Shown here: piece after piece, positions 34,367 through 43,095 of the stretch
Numbering within the stretch: the stretch's first letter is position 1
How the letters are laid out: the number at the start of each line of letters is the position of its first letter
Source: Euryarchaeota archaeon RBG_13_57_23
Lineage (GTDB): Archaea; Thermoplasmatota; Thermoplasmata; UBA10834
DNA: 48,411 nt
Reading direction: 5' to 3'
Assembly (NCBI GenBank): GCA_001800675.1
Contig: MGVW01000016.1
Span: 7,686-56,096, forward strand
Program-made: the position numbers and the translations under genes
The notes under the pieces: generated by a model
What the model saw: the letters and a program-made list of their open reading frames with translations, nothing else
What the model was told of the DNA's origin: nothing
Databases searched by the model: none

Positions 34367-35131
34367 ATGGCAGGGATGATAGCAGATGTTGGGGAAAGAG
34401 CGAGGGTCGTAAGAAGGCGGAGGTTGCCCGGGAAATTCGTGGTAGCCACAGCGACGTGCCTCTGTCTACTGGTCTCCGCTATCGTTCTGGAAAACGCGAA
34501 CTCCAAGGCCGCAGATGCGCCTGTCGTCCAAGGATGGCAGCCAATGACGGTCTACCTTCCCCAGACTTCTCTGGACATCGCCTGCGTCGCAGGCAATGTC
34601 ACGGCGACCTATCACTTCAGATGGAATGACACATGTGACTTCTCGACGCTCAACTGGTCCTCGGTCGACAGGACAAGGACGGACGAGAAATACGTGCTAG
34701 GGCTGGGAGCCAAGGTGTGGGTCATCCAGGCGGACGTAGGAGCCGATTTTCCGATGGAGATCACCCAAGGGGATGGCACCAGCCTCAACTACAGATTCAA
34801 CTACACGGCGGACCGCGAAACCCCGCACATATATCTCACCGGCGAGAGGACCTTCTGGAAGCTGCAGCGCACCCCGAACTTGGTCTACGACTACAAGGTG
34901 AAGGGGAGCTGCTCGATCGAGGACGCCTGGAAGAATGGAACGTGGACCCCGGAGGAAGGCATCACGCTCACGTACGACACTGAGGGCACCTTGGTCCTGG
35001 GGAACACCGATTTCGCGGTACAGCTGTTCGTCTACGACATCATCGTCCCTGAATTCAGGTCGCTCGCACCGATCGTCGGTCTGATGGCAATCGCGATCAT
35101 CGCCTTCGAACACAAACGGAGGAATGTCTGA
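34367..35131 (+). CDS. Secreted protein with an N-terminal signal anchor and a PEF-CTERM sorting signal (254 aa)
   Basis: RRRRLPGKFVVATATCLCLLVSAIVL N-terminus, several NxS/T sequons, and C-terminal IIVPEFRSLAPIVGLMAIAIIAFEHKRRNV (nt 35039-35128). Confidence 0.6.
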   Translation: MAGMIADVGERARVVRRRRLPGKFVVATATCLCLLVSAIVLENANSKAADAPVVQGWQPMTVYLPQTSLDIACVAGNVTATYHFRWNDTCDFSTLNWSSVDRTRTDEKYVLGLGAKVWVIQADVGADFPMEITQGDGTSLNYRFNYTADRETPHIYLTGERTFWKLQRTPNLVYDYKVKGSCSIEDAWKNGTWTPEEGITLTYDTEGTLVLGNTDFAVQLFVYDIIVPEFRSLAPIVGLMAIAIIAFEHKRRNV

Positions 35132-35183
35132 ATGAGGAACCTGTTGTTCGACCTGCGTGAAACCCTGTCGGTCCATGGAACCA

Positions 35184-36410
35184 TCAAGATGAGAGCAGAG
35201 CGTGACCTCCGCGCCGAAGGCTTCTCCTCAACATGGAAGGGGCCACAAGGGCGGTCGCGAGGCCCATGAATACGACGACGGAGTAGATCTCCGAATCGAT
35301 TATGCCGTTCGACAATCCGACATAGGCGATCACGAGCGCGATTTCGAGCCTCGGAGTCATGCCGACGCCTATCGCCATCGAATCCCACCAAGACATTCCC
35401 GTCGCCCTTGCTGGAAGCCCGCAGCCCACAACCTTCGTGACGATCGCAACTGCAGTAAGGACGAGCCCGAAGAGCAGGGCGTCCGCAATCCCCTCCAGGT
35501 TGACGGCAATCCCGAGTGAGACGAAGAAGAGGGGCACGAACAGAGCCTCCAGATACTGCATGCCCTTCAAGATCCCGTCCCTGAGCGCAGAGCCTGCGAA
35601 GACCGTCCCTGCGACGAATGCCCCCACGATCGCGGAGATCTGGATGACCTCGGCTATCAAGGAGTAAAGCATGGCGATGGCGAGGGCGAGGACAAACCCG
35701 CTCTGAGGCAGTTTCCTCTTGTAGCCCGACACCTGCACCATGAAGACCAGCTTCGTGAGGAAGTGCGAACCCAACCAAGCACCAAGCACGACGAACGCGA
35801 CTGCGCCGACGAGCAACAGCACCAGCCCGACCGCGTCGAGGTTGCCCTCGGTAAGGCCTCTCGAGATCGCCAGGACGACCATGCCCAGGATGTCGTCCAC
35901 GACCGCGGCCCCCACGATGGCATACGCCACCGGGGTGCCTATCATGCCTATCTCGGATATCACGCTGGCCGTGACCGCGACACTGGTGGCGACGAGGGTC
36001 GCTCCGATGAAGATCGCATCGGTCCCGTAGCCGAACAGGTCCGCGATGATGTAGCCCGCGATCCACGGAATGATCACGCCACCAGCGGCTATCAGGATGG
36101 AGCGCTTCGTGTAGATCTCCTTCAGGTCGCACTCGAGACCTATCATGAACAGAAGGACTATCGATCCGAGCTGCGCAAGCAGCATCACCACTTCTGGGAG
36201 GGTCTCCTCCTCGCCGGAATCGCCGAGGGTGATGAGGCCTATCTCGCGGAAGACGAACCCTATCACAACGCCGACGACTATGTACGCGATCACCTTGGGC
36301 TGCCCGAACCGCGCGAATATGAAGCTCGCGAACAGCGAGACCACTAGCAGGAAGGTGAGTTCGAACCAGACTTCGTCGAGGAGCGTGTCGACGATGGACG
36401 GCAGATCCAT
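35184..36410 (-). CDS. Cation:proton antiporter, CPA2/Kef-NapA type (Na_H_exchanger fold), no regulatory KTN domain
   Basis: About 12 hydrophobic segments. Conserved blocks GATLVATSVAVTA, GAAVVDDILGMVVL, GAFVAGTVF and VPLFFVSLG. Confidence 0.8.
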   Translation of the reverse strand: MDLPSIVDTLLDEVWFELTFLLVVSLFASFIFARFGQPKVIAYIVVGVVIGFVFREIGLITLGDSGEEETLPEVVMLLAQLGSIVLLFMIGLECDLKEIYTKRSILIAAGGVIIPWIAGYIIADLFGYGTDAIFIGATLVATSVAVTASVISEIGMIGTPVAYAIVGAAVVDDILGMVVLAISRGLTEGNLDAVGLVLLLVGAVAFVVLGAWLGSHFLTKLVFMVQVSGYKRKLPQSGFVLALAIAMLYSLIAEVIQISAIVGAFVAGTVFAGSALRDGILKGMQYLEALFVPLFFVSLGIAVNLEGIADALLFGLVLTAVAIVTKVVGCGLPARATGMSWWDSMAIGVGMTPRLEIALVIAYVGLSNGIIDSEIYSVVVFMGLATALVAPSMLRRSLRRGGHALLSS

Positions 36411-36461
36411 GGGGTCTCGGCCAACGGATGACTACTGCGGATTTATTTGTTTTGTAGGAGC

Positions 36462-39400
36462 TCACACACCGTAGGCCCTCCCCTTCACCAACCAGAAATC
36501 GACCATATCGCCCGTGTCCTGCGCGAGAAAGCCCTGGACGAACTCCTTCGGGACCCCCTCGAGGTAGACTCCGAAGTCCACGCCCCAGCCGCCCCAGTTC
36601 CTCCCCAGCAGCCGGCCTATGGCGGGGATGTTGGGCGATATGCAGACCGCGCATGCGAATGTCCGGTCGAGACTGCCGACCGCTCCTAGCAGGCGGACCA
36701 TGTTTGGCAGCCCCACCTCGAACAGGACCTCGAACCTGACGTACAGTCCCGACAGGAAGCTGGTCGGGAACGCGGGGTACGCGAGTGGGCTGTGCGCCTT
36801 CCCCAGGTTGACGATGAACGTCGCGAACGAGTGTATCAGCCATCTCAGGACATCGACTATCGCTTCCCCCGTCACCACGAAGGACGTCCTGAAGGCGACT
36901 CCCGCGGTCCCAGAGGCATCCTTGAGGGACACCTCCACGAAGAATGTGATTTCGTGAATCGTCTCGTTCACGATCCCCAGGAGGTTCTCGATCAAGTTGT
37001 ACAGCACCCGCTTGCCGAACAGCTTCAGGAACTCGAGGGACGGCGTCACCTCCTCCAGCTTCGTTTGAATGAACGAGTCCTTGAACGCCTCGAAGAGCGC
37101 CTTCGCCACGAAATCCGAGGTCGCGAGCAGCACCGGCACGCCGTTGGAGCCCGACCTGCTCGGCGCCCTGAAGACCCATCTCGGTCCCCCGTCCCAGGCG
37201 CGCTGCCAGCTCCGTTCATCGTTCTCAGAGTCCCTGCACATCGGGGTGACGTCCATAGTCGCACCCGAGGCGTCCCTGAGGACCATCGCGTCGCCGTCGT
37301 TGAATGGGTCGTCGGAGATACCGTTGTCGATCGACGTCTCGGGGAACACGAACACGAGCACCCCGCTGGGGGCTATCGTGCCCTCGATCCCGAGGGCGCA
37401 GTTCTTGCCGTGCAGGGTCTCGATCGTCCATCCGTCCACGCATCTCGGCACCGTCAGCGGGTTGTACAGCTCCACCCACTCGTTCCCCGAGTCTTCCCCG
37501 TGCGGGTTCGACTCGAACTCGTTCACCACGACGTCCGTGGGAAACGGTGGGGAGTACTTCAGCCGCAAGCCAGCCTCGACCGACGCGGACATGCCGATCG
37601 CAGGAAGCGGGATATTGGACAGGAAGTTGCCGATCCCTGGAAGGTCGGCAGTCGACACCTCGGCTAACTCGTAAGGTTCGACCTCGGGCATGGCGAGGTC
37701 CACCGCCCAGCCCTCACCCTTGCAGTGCACTTCCGCGAACCGGCGCAGGATGTGCATGAGCGGGTCGACCTTGACCTCCACCGTGGCCTTCCTCAGAGAG
37801 ATGGTGCTGTTGGCGAGGATATCGAAGCTGCCGTCCGAGAGCCTGGCCAGCCTGATGCCGAACGACAGCCCTGGCCCGAACCTGTTGGTGACGACTATCA
37901 CCCTGAGGACATCGTTCCCATGACGGTACAGCAGGTCGGGGATGTTCGTCTGCACGATTATCAGGAACCCGTACAGCGATACCCTGAACTCGACCGTGCC
38001 CATGAGGTCGATGAACCACTGGGCAGCCTTGGCGAGCGCGGACTCGGCGATCTTCTCAATGTACTTCTGCATGATCTCGACGAACTTCTGCATAGAGTTG
38101 GCGAACAGTTTCAGGAGCCGGGTCGCGAAGCTCGAAAGCACCTCGAATACGTCCGTGACGAACCCGAAGACCCTCTCGAACCCCTCCTTGACCCAGCCGA
38201 AGACCGGCTCCAGCTTGTCCCACACGATTTCGCAGAACTTCCGCGCAGCCTCCATCGAGTCGGATAGGGCAGTGTTCGATGGGTTGTAGCCCACGCCTTC
38301 CAGAGGCCAAGCGGAGTGCAGCACGACCGGGATCTCGAGGTCGACCCTGACGGTCCTCCGAGACTCCGCGGGGCGCTCGAGGAAGTTCGAAACCGTCAAA
38401 TGATCGTCCGAGGAGATCTCGACATCGACGAGACCCAGGACGGAAACCGTCCATTGTGTTGCATACGGAGTCGCCGTGGCGTTTCCCAGTGAAGTGAGGT
38501 GGATGTTCGGGTACTCCGAGCTCTGTCTGTCGAAGTTCCACGGACGCTTGATCTGGACGAGCATGTCATCAGTCGGGAAGAGATGCTCCAATGATTCGTA
38601 TCCCTTGGATTCGTCGAACGGCACGACCCGCAGCTCGGGCAACGAGATGGCGTCTACACTCAGGGTCGTTTTCAGAACCGCCCCGCTTCCATAAGCAGTC
38701 TCCTTGTCCCCGTCCCAGAACTCGAACGACCCGCCCACGCCCACATAGGCTCTGTCCTTGAACGCAGACAGGCCTTGCTGCCCCAGGACCGCCTTTGAGA
38801 AGACTGTCAGCGTGTTCTCGACCAAATCGCCGATGCCAGGGAACTTCTCGGTGCCGGACACTAGAAAACCAGCGAGCGCGTCCACGAGGGGCCCCGCGAA
38901 ACCGTCGTCCGACCTCGTCACCGACGAGTTGATGAGCAGCTGAAGCCGAGAGACTGCGCTCTGCGCACACCCTTCGACTGCATCCCTGGTCCGCGCTCCC
39001 ACGCCCCACGAGAGGTCGTTCTCGACGTCACAGGCGACGATCTCCGCCAGCTGTTGCTCGACAGGAACGACCAGATCTGGGATGTAAGCGTACTTCGCGC
39101 TCGACAGCACGCCCTCCGTCAGCGATGGGTAGACTCCCTCCATCAGCTGGTCGATGTCTATCAGCTGATGCACCCTTGGCTGCACGAACTCGGCGAACTC
39201 CTCGGCAAGCCTGAAATGAGAGCTGAAAAGAGGGAGGTTTCCGCCGCCCAAGGCCTTGGAGACTGCCAAGTCGCTCAGGATCACTTCCCCCGCACTTCGC
39301 GCCAGGGCCGTGAAAAGGTTGGTGTCATCCACGGGATCCGCTACCAGTTCGGGGGAATCGAACTCGGCATAGGCAGCGACGTCTACGGCAAGCCTTAGGC

Positions 39401-40901
39401 AGACATCTCTGACAGATGTGCTGAAGCTCTGTTGGTTCTCCTTGAACGTCCCGTAGAATTCCGACCATACATCCGATTCCAAGACATCGCAGGTATCGAC
39501 ATCGATCGGGACCGTCGTGTTCCCGACCCAGACAGGGTAGAGATCTCCCTGAGCGTCCTGGACGAAGTACTGTCTTTCCGGGACTGTGAGCCGCAAGTCG
39601 ACTGAAGCCCCGAACAGAGCCGAATAGGTCCTCAAATCTGCTCCGACCGCTTCCAACGTGTTCTCGATCCAAGTGACAACAGCCACTTTGGCCCTGTCCT
39701 CGCCTGTCAGGAAAGCAACGATCGAATCGACCGTGTCTTCGAGCTTCTCCGCCACCTCAGAGGCGAAATCCAATGTGCCCAGCCAGCCCATGTACTCCAT
39801 GATCCTGAGTGCCATCATGTCGATGACACCATACACCGCCTGGGCGACCACTATCTCCGGGTCAATGTGCACCCGGGTCCTCCCCATGAACCACAGGAAG
39901 AGTTCGGCCGGGTCGAGGTATCTGTCCTTCGTGCAGAGCAGGGCTTGCAGTCCGGGATTGTCCGGCGCGCAGAGCCCGGAGACGAGGGTGGAGAAGTCTC
40001 CATCGACTGTGCGGAACAATCTCGCCTGTTCGAGGAGCAGAGCCACGAGGACCGCGCGGTAGACGTCCTCTTCCGTGAGCACCAGCGAAGTGTCCTTGCC
40101 CTGCACATACATCGGCTGGCCATATCCTTCGAGGATCCGCAGCTCGCCCAGGGTCGAAAGCATGTACGCGACCATCCTCCCGAGGTCGGAGAACTCCCCG
40201 TCGGAAGCGGATTCGAACGCGCGCAGCTTCATCTCGAGGAACGGCAGCGAGGATATGATAGGCCGCTGGAAGGACGACTCGCGCAGGAGCGAAATGCCAT
40301 CTGCGGTAATCTCGACCGTGAAATTCCCCAGCGCGACATAGTACGGGTTGACGGTTCTCTGCCCGAGGACCTCGTCGGCAGGGGAGGCCGAGCTCTCGTA
40401 CTCCATCGATTGAGTGCCCTCCTCGATTCTCGCAGGTGTGGTGGACTCGTCCGGGATGAGGTCGATCGTGGTCCGCTCTATCAAGAACAATCCACCGGTC
40501 CAATTGCGGACCTCCGTATCCCAGGCATCCGCAACTCGCGGGAAGTTCGTGCGGACGTGTTCCTTCATGCGCGACGAGAAGGCCTCGGAGATTCGGCTCT
40601 CGTTGACGGGGAACTCCTCCCACTTCGAGACGACTTCGTTGGCGCGGAAGGCCGCGTAGAGCTCGAGCTCCTCCGAGACCCTCTCTGCCTCCAGCCCCAT
40701 CGACTTGAGCAACCTCTCCTGCCTATCAGCCTTCGCGGAATCGAGCTCCCGCTTGGCCAGATACGCTCCTGTCACAGCCGTCGCCGTCAACAGAACCACG
40801 GCAATGACTGAGAATGACACTTGCGCGAATGAATCGCGCGACATTCGCGTTCTTCTTGGCCGTTGGGCCTCTTCCGTGATGCACTTCTTCGACATGACCA
40901 T
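36462..40901 (-). CDS. Giant (1479 aa) membrane-anchored hypothetical protein containing one lamin-tail domain
   Basis: Uninterrupted 4.4-kb ORF. Basic N-terminus plus a single hydrophobic helix (aa 26-49, nt 40755-40826), with the rest hydrophilic. Alternative start at M20 (nt 40844). Only the LTD is recognisable. Confidence 0.75.
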   Translation of the reverse strand: MVMSKKCITEEAQRPRRTRMSRDSFAQVSFSVIAVVLLTATAVTGAYLAKRELDSAKADRQERLLKSMGLEAERVSEELELYAAFRANEVVSKWEEFPVNESRISEAFSSRMKEHVRTNFPRVADAWDTEVRNWTGGLFLIERTTIDLIPDESTTPARIEEGTQSMEYESSASPADEVLGQRTVNPYYVALGNFTVEITADGISLLRESSFQRPIISSLPFLEMKLRAFESASDGEFSDLGRMVAYMLSTLGELRILEGYGQPMYVQGKDTSLVLTEEDVYRAVLVALLLEQARLFRTVDGDFSTLVSGLCAPDNPGLQALLCTKDRYLDPAELFLWFMGRTRVHIDPEIVVAQAVYGVIDMMALRIMEYMGWLGTLDFASEVAEKLEDTVDSIVAFLTGEDRAKVAVVTWIENTLEAVGADLRTYSALFGASVDLRLTVPERQYFVQDAQGDLYPVWVGNTTVPIDVDTCDVLESDVWSEFYGTFKENQQSFSTSVRDVCLRLAVDVAAYAEFDSPELVADPVDDTNLFTALARSAGEVILSDLAVSKALGGGNLPLFSSHFRLAEEFAEFVQPRVHQLIDIDQLMEGVYPSLTEGVLSSAKYAYIPDLVVPVEQQLAEIVACDVENDLSWGVGARTRDAVEGCAQSAVSRLQLLINSSVTRSDDGFAGPLVDALAGFLVSGTEKFPGIGDLVENTLTVFSKAVLGQQGLSAFKDRAYVGVGGSFEFWDGDKETAYGSGAVLKTTLSVDAISLPELRVVPFDESKGYESLEHLFPTDDMLVQIKRPWNFDRQSSEYPNIHLTSLGNATATPYATQWTVSVLGLVDVEISSDDHLTVSNFLERPAESRRTVRVDLEIPVVLHSAWPLEGVGYNPSNTALSDSMEAARKFCEIVWDKLEPVFGWVKEGFERVFGFVTDVFEVLSSFATRLLKLFANSMQKFVEIMQKYIEKIAESALAKAAQWFIDLMGTVEFRVSLYGFLIIVQTNIPDLLYRHGNDVLRVIVVTNRFGPGLSFGIRLARLSDGSFDILANSTISLRKATVEVKVDPLMHILRRFAEVHCKGEGWAVDLAMPEVEPYELAEVSTADLPGIGNFLSNIPLPAIGMSASVEAGLRLKYSPPFPTDVVVNEFESNPHGEDSGNEWVELYNPLTVPRCVDGWTIETLHGKNCALGIEGTIAPSGVLVFVFPETSIDNGISDDPFNDGDAMVLRDASGATMDVTPMCRDSENDERSWQRAWDGGPRWVFRAPSRSGSNGVPVLLATSDFVAKALFEAFKDSFIQTKLEEVTPSLEFLKLFGKRVLYNLIENLLGIVNETIHEITFFVEVSLKDASGTAGVAFRTSFVVTGEAIVDVLRWLIHSFATFIVNLGKAHSPLAYPAFPTSFLSGLYVRFEVLFEVGLPNMVRLLGAVGSLDRTFACAVCISPNIPAIGRLLGRNWGGWGVDFGVYLEGVPKEFVQGFLAQDTGDMVDFWLVKGRAYGV
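37167..37538 (-). other. Lamin-tail domain (LTD) within the giant protein, aa ~1122-1245
   Basis: DVVVNEFESNPHGEDSGNEWVELYNPLTVPRCVDGWTIE...IAPSGVLVF matches the LTD signature (xNE..xNP.G.D..xEWxELYN....vDLsGW). Confidence 0.7.
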
Positions 40902-41019
40902 CCCGCCAGGATTCGGGTGTTGGTGGTGTCAATGGTTGCAGCTACAAGCAGTGTACATCCGCGTCGACCAGGCACCTGTGGCTCCGACTCACAATTAAAT
41001 ACGGAAGAGGTGATTCAAG

Positions 41020-42303
41020 TTGACGGATGGGATGCAGCCCGAGGAAACCCTACTTCTGATATTCGTAGCCTTCCTGGTCGCGAAACTGGGTGGCGAGGTG
41101 ATGGAGCGGATGCGCCTCCCTGCCGTGACGGGCGAGCTGATGGCGGGAATCATCCTCGGCCCCACCCTGCTCAACCTGATCACAAACGAGGACAGCTTCT
41201 TCGATGTGCTCGCGCAGCTCGGGGCCACATTCCTGCTTTTCACAGTCGGCATGGAGACCAAACTCTCAGAATTGAAGAAAGTGGGGCTCGTGGCAGCATC
41301 GGTTGCGGCCATGGGGGTCGTCGTGCCTTTCGTCATGGGATACTATGTCTCGGTGCTCCTCTTCGCATCGTCCATCGAGGCGATGTTCGTCGCGACGGCT
41401 CTGGTCGCTACCAGCGTGGGGATAACGGCACGGGTCCTCGAGGACATGGGGATGATCCATTCGACAGAGGCGAAGATAATCCTCGGAGCAGCCGTGATCG
41501 ACGACATTCTTGGCATGATCGTCCTGACGCTGGTCAGCGGAGTGGCCGTTGGGGAGCTCACCTACTTGAGTGTCGGGATTGTCATAGGAGAAGCCATCTG
41601 TTTCGTTGCCATCGTCACCATCCTCGGCACGAGGGTGGTGAAGTACGCCTCCGGGAAGAGGGATGTCCGATTCGACCGGACGACGAACGGTCAGTGGGCG
41701 ATCCACTACTCGACCAGAGCGTTCAGGAGGGACAGCTGGCTCGACAAGCTGAAGCAGAGGCAGGCTCCCTTCGTCATCATCCTTATTGTCATCTTCGGTC
41801 TGTCAGCACTTGCCTCGTTCATCGGCCTTGCGGCGATAATCGGGGCGTTCTTTGCCGGACTCATCTTCTCGGATACGAAGGAGACTTACGAGCTGGAGAA
41901 CAAGTTCGAACCTCTGAACGTATTGCTCGTGCCGTTCTTCTTCGTGGTCATGGGGGCGCGGGTCGACTTCGCCAACTTCACGAACGTGCTGCCGTTCGCC
42001 ATCGTGGTGACCGTGGTAGCCATCCTCTCGAAGCTGATAGGATGTTCTCTAGGGGCCATCACACGGGGTGAGAAGACCGCTCTCATCGTCGGGGCGGGGA
42101 TGGTGCCCAGAGGCGAGGTCGGCATAGTCGTGGCGATGATCGGCCTGAACATGGACATCATCGCCCAATCCACATACTCCGTGATCGTGCTGGTCTCAAT
42201 CGTGACCACGCTCTACGCTCCGTTCCTCATCAAGACCGTCGTGAAAGCGGAGTCGAAGAAGAAGAGACCACTTCCCTGGCCTATTCGCGGCTCTCGCCCA
42301 TGA
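41020..42303 (+). CDS. Cation:proton antiporter, CPA2 type, paralogue of 35184-36410 with a basic cytoplasmic loop insertion
   Basis: ATALVATSVGITA, GAAVIDDILGMIVL, GAFFAGLIF and VPFFFVVMG are colinear with the other antiporter. There is an extra segment KYASGKRDVRFDRTTNGQWAIHYSTRAFRRDSWLDKLKQRQ. TTG start at 41020 or ATG at 41032. Confidence 0.8.
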   Translation: MTDGMQPEETLLLIFVAFLVAKLGGEVMERMRLPAVTGELMAGIILGPTLLNLITNEDSFFDVLAQLGATFLLFTVGMETKLSELKKVGLVAASVAAMGVVVPFVMGYYVSVLLFASSIEAMFVATALVATSVGITARVLEDMGMIHSTEAKIILGAAVIDDILGMIVLTLVSGVAVGELTYLSVGIVIGEAICFVAIVTILGTRVVKYASGKRDVRFDRTTNGQWAIHYSTRAFRRDSWLDKLKQRQAPFVIILIVIFGLSALASFIGLAAIIGAFFAGLIFSDTKETYELENKFEPLNVLLVPFFFVVMGARVDFANFTNVLPFAIVVTVVAILSKLIGCSLGAITRGEKTALIVGAGMVPRGEVGIVVAMIGLNMDIIAQSTYSVIVLVSIVTTLYAPFLIKTVVKAESKKKRPLPWPIRGSRP

Positions 42304-43027
42304 TCCTAAGGAAATCCTCGAGATGCCTCGAGAGAGCTTCGTTGTCGGTGTAGCCACAAGCGGACAGGTCCGGGGCGGCCAGTAGGGCCGTTTTGCCATC
42401 GCTGATGACGTCAGTCGCGATCAGACCCTTGCGCCTTATCACGGTCGCGCCTCGGGGTGCCTTGACGAACGGGCTCGTGATCACGGTCAACCTCACGCCT
42501 CTGGAATCCGCCGCGGCGAACTTCTTGCCGAGCCTGCTCCTGATACCGGAGATCGATGGCGAGGACATCACGAACGTGTGTTCCGCCTTGTCGATCATCT
42601 CACTGATTTTGTCGAGGACCCTCTCCTTGCCCATGATCGTGTACACGAGCTGGGGTACGCCACGCTGTGATAGGAGGTCTCTCACGGCCGATATCTTCGA
42701 GAAGGACTCTTCGACCTCTCCAACCAGCCGCTTGGAGAGCGCGTCGGGATCGACGGGGGCGAACGACACGGGCCTGCCCGGGAGCTTCCTCGCAAAACCT
42801 TTCTTCTCAAGCGACTCCATCACCTTGTATGCAGATGTCCTGGGAATCTGCGCCGCCTCAGCTACAAAATTAGCAGTAGATGACCCCAATGCCACGAGCG
42901 CGAGATAAGCTCTGGATTCGTACTGAGAAAGGCCGAGATTTCCGAGGGTGCCAGCTATCTTTCCATACTCTCCGGTGAGATGCTCGAAGTCGCCGCCTAG
43001 TCGGTTGACCACTTTCTTCAGGTCCAT
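42281..43027 (-). CDS. TrmB-family transcriptional regulator
   Basis: LGLSQYESRAYLALVALGSSTANFVAEAAQIPRTSAYKVMESLEKKGFA is the TrmB N-terminal wHTH, with a C-terminal effector-like domain. The 3' end overlaps the antiporter by 23 nt (convergent). Confidence 0.8.
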   Translation of the reverse strand: MDLKKVVNRLGGDFEHLTGEYGKIAGTLGNLGLSQYESRAYLALVALGSSTANFVAEAAQIPRTSAYKVMESLEKKGFARKLPGRPVSFAPVDPDALSKRLVGEVEESFSKISAVRDLLSQRGVPQLVYTIMGKERVLDKISEMIDKAEHTFVMSSPSISGIRSRLGKKFAAADSRGVRLTVITSPFVKAPRGATVIRRKGLIATDVISDGKTALLAAPDLSACGYTDNEALSRHLEDFLRIMGESRE

Positions 43028-43029
43028 GT

Positions 43030-43059
43030 GTAGCTACATAAGCTACAAAACCTTTAAAT
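43030..43059. promoter_or_regulatory. Palindrome GTAGCT-N5-AGCTAC next to a palindromic TATA-like TTTAAA in the trmB/tes divergent promoter
   Basis: Read directly. Palindrome 43030-43046; CTTTAAAT 43052-43059. The trmB ATG ends at 43027 and the tes ATG is at 43096. Confidence 0.35.
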
Positions 43060-43095
43060 GATTCGGTCGGATTCGCATACCAAGGACGAGATAGA

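Noticed and set aside
34130-34400. Possible RNase P RNA or SRP RNA in the GC-rich hairpin region (GGAAAGTC at ~34297-34304 resembles RNase P CR-I; AGGTCCGGAGG resembles SRP helix 8)
   Set aside because: These are only short partial matches. I could not find the other conserved RNase P regions (CR-II to CR-V, the P4 3' strand), and the region contains no SRP Alu-domain UGUAA-type motif or GGAA/AGCA helix-8 loops. An 8-mer match is expected by chance in ~97 kb of two-strand sequence. An Infernal scan is needed.
35032-37179. 715-aa ORF on the minus strand spanning the antiporter gene and the 3' end of the giant gene
   Set aside because: It is Arg/Gly/Pro-rich low-complexity translation typical of an off-frame ORF in GC-rich DNA. 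It overlaps two ORFs that have clear membrane-protein and domain signatures.
39862-40811. Antisense and off-frame ORFs of 250-314 aa inside the giant gene; similar cases occur at 21207-22211, 32555-33487, 45272-46027 and 1582-2328
   Set aside because: They show the Arg/Pro/Gly/His-rich composition expected from stop-codon depletion in GC-rich sequence. Each is fully contained in a better-supported gene on the other strand or in another frame.
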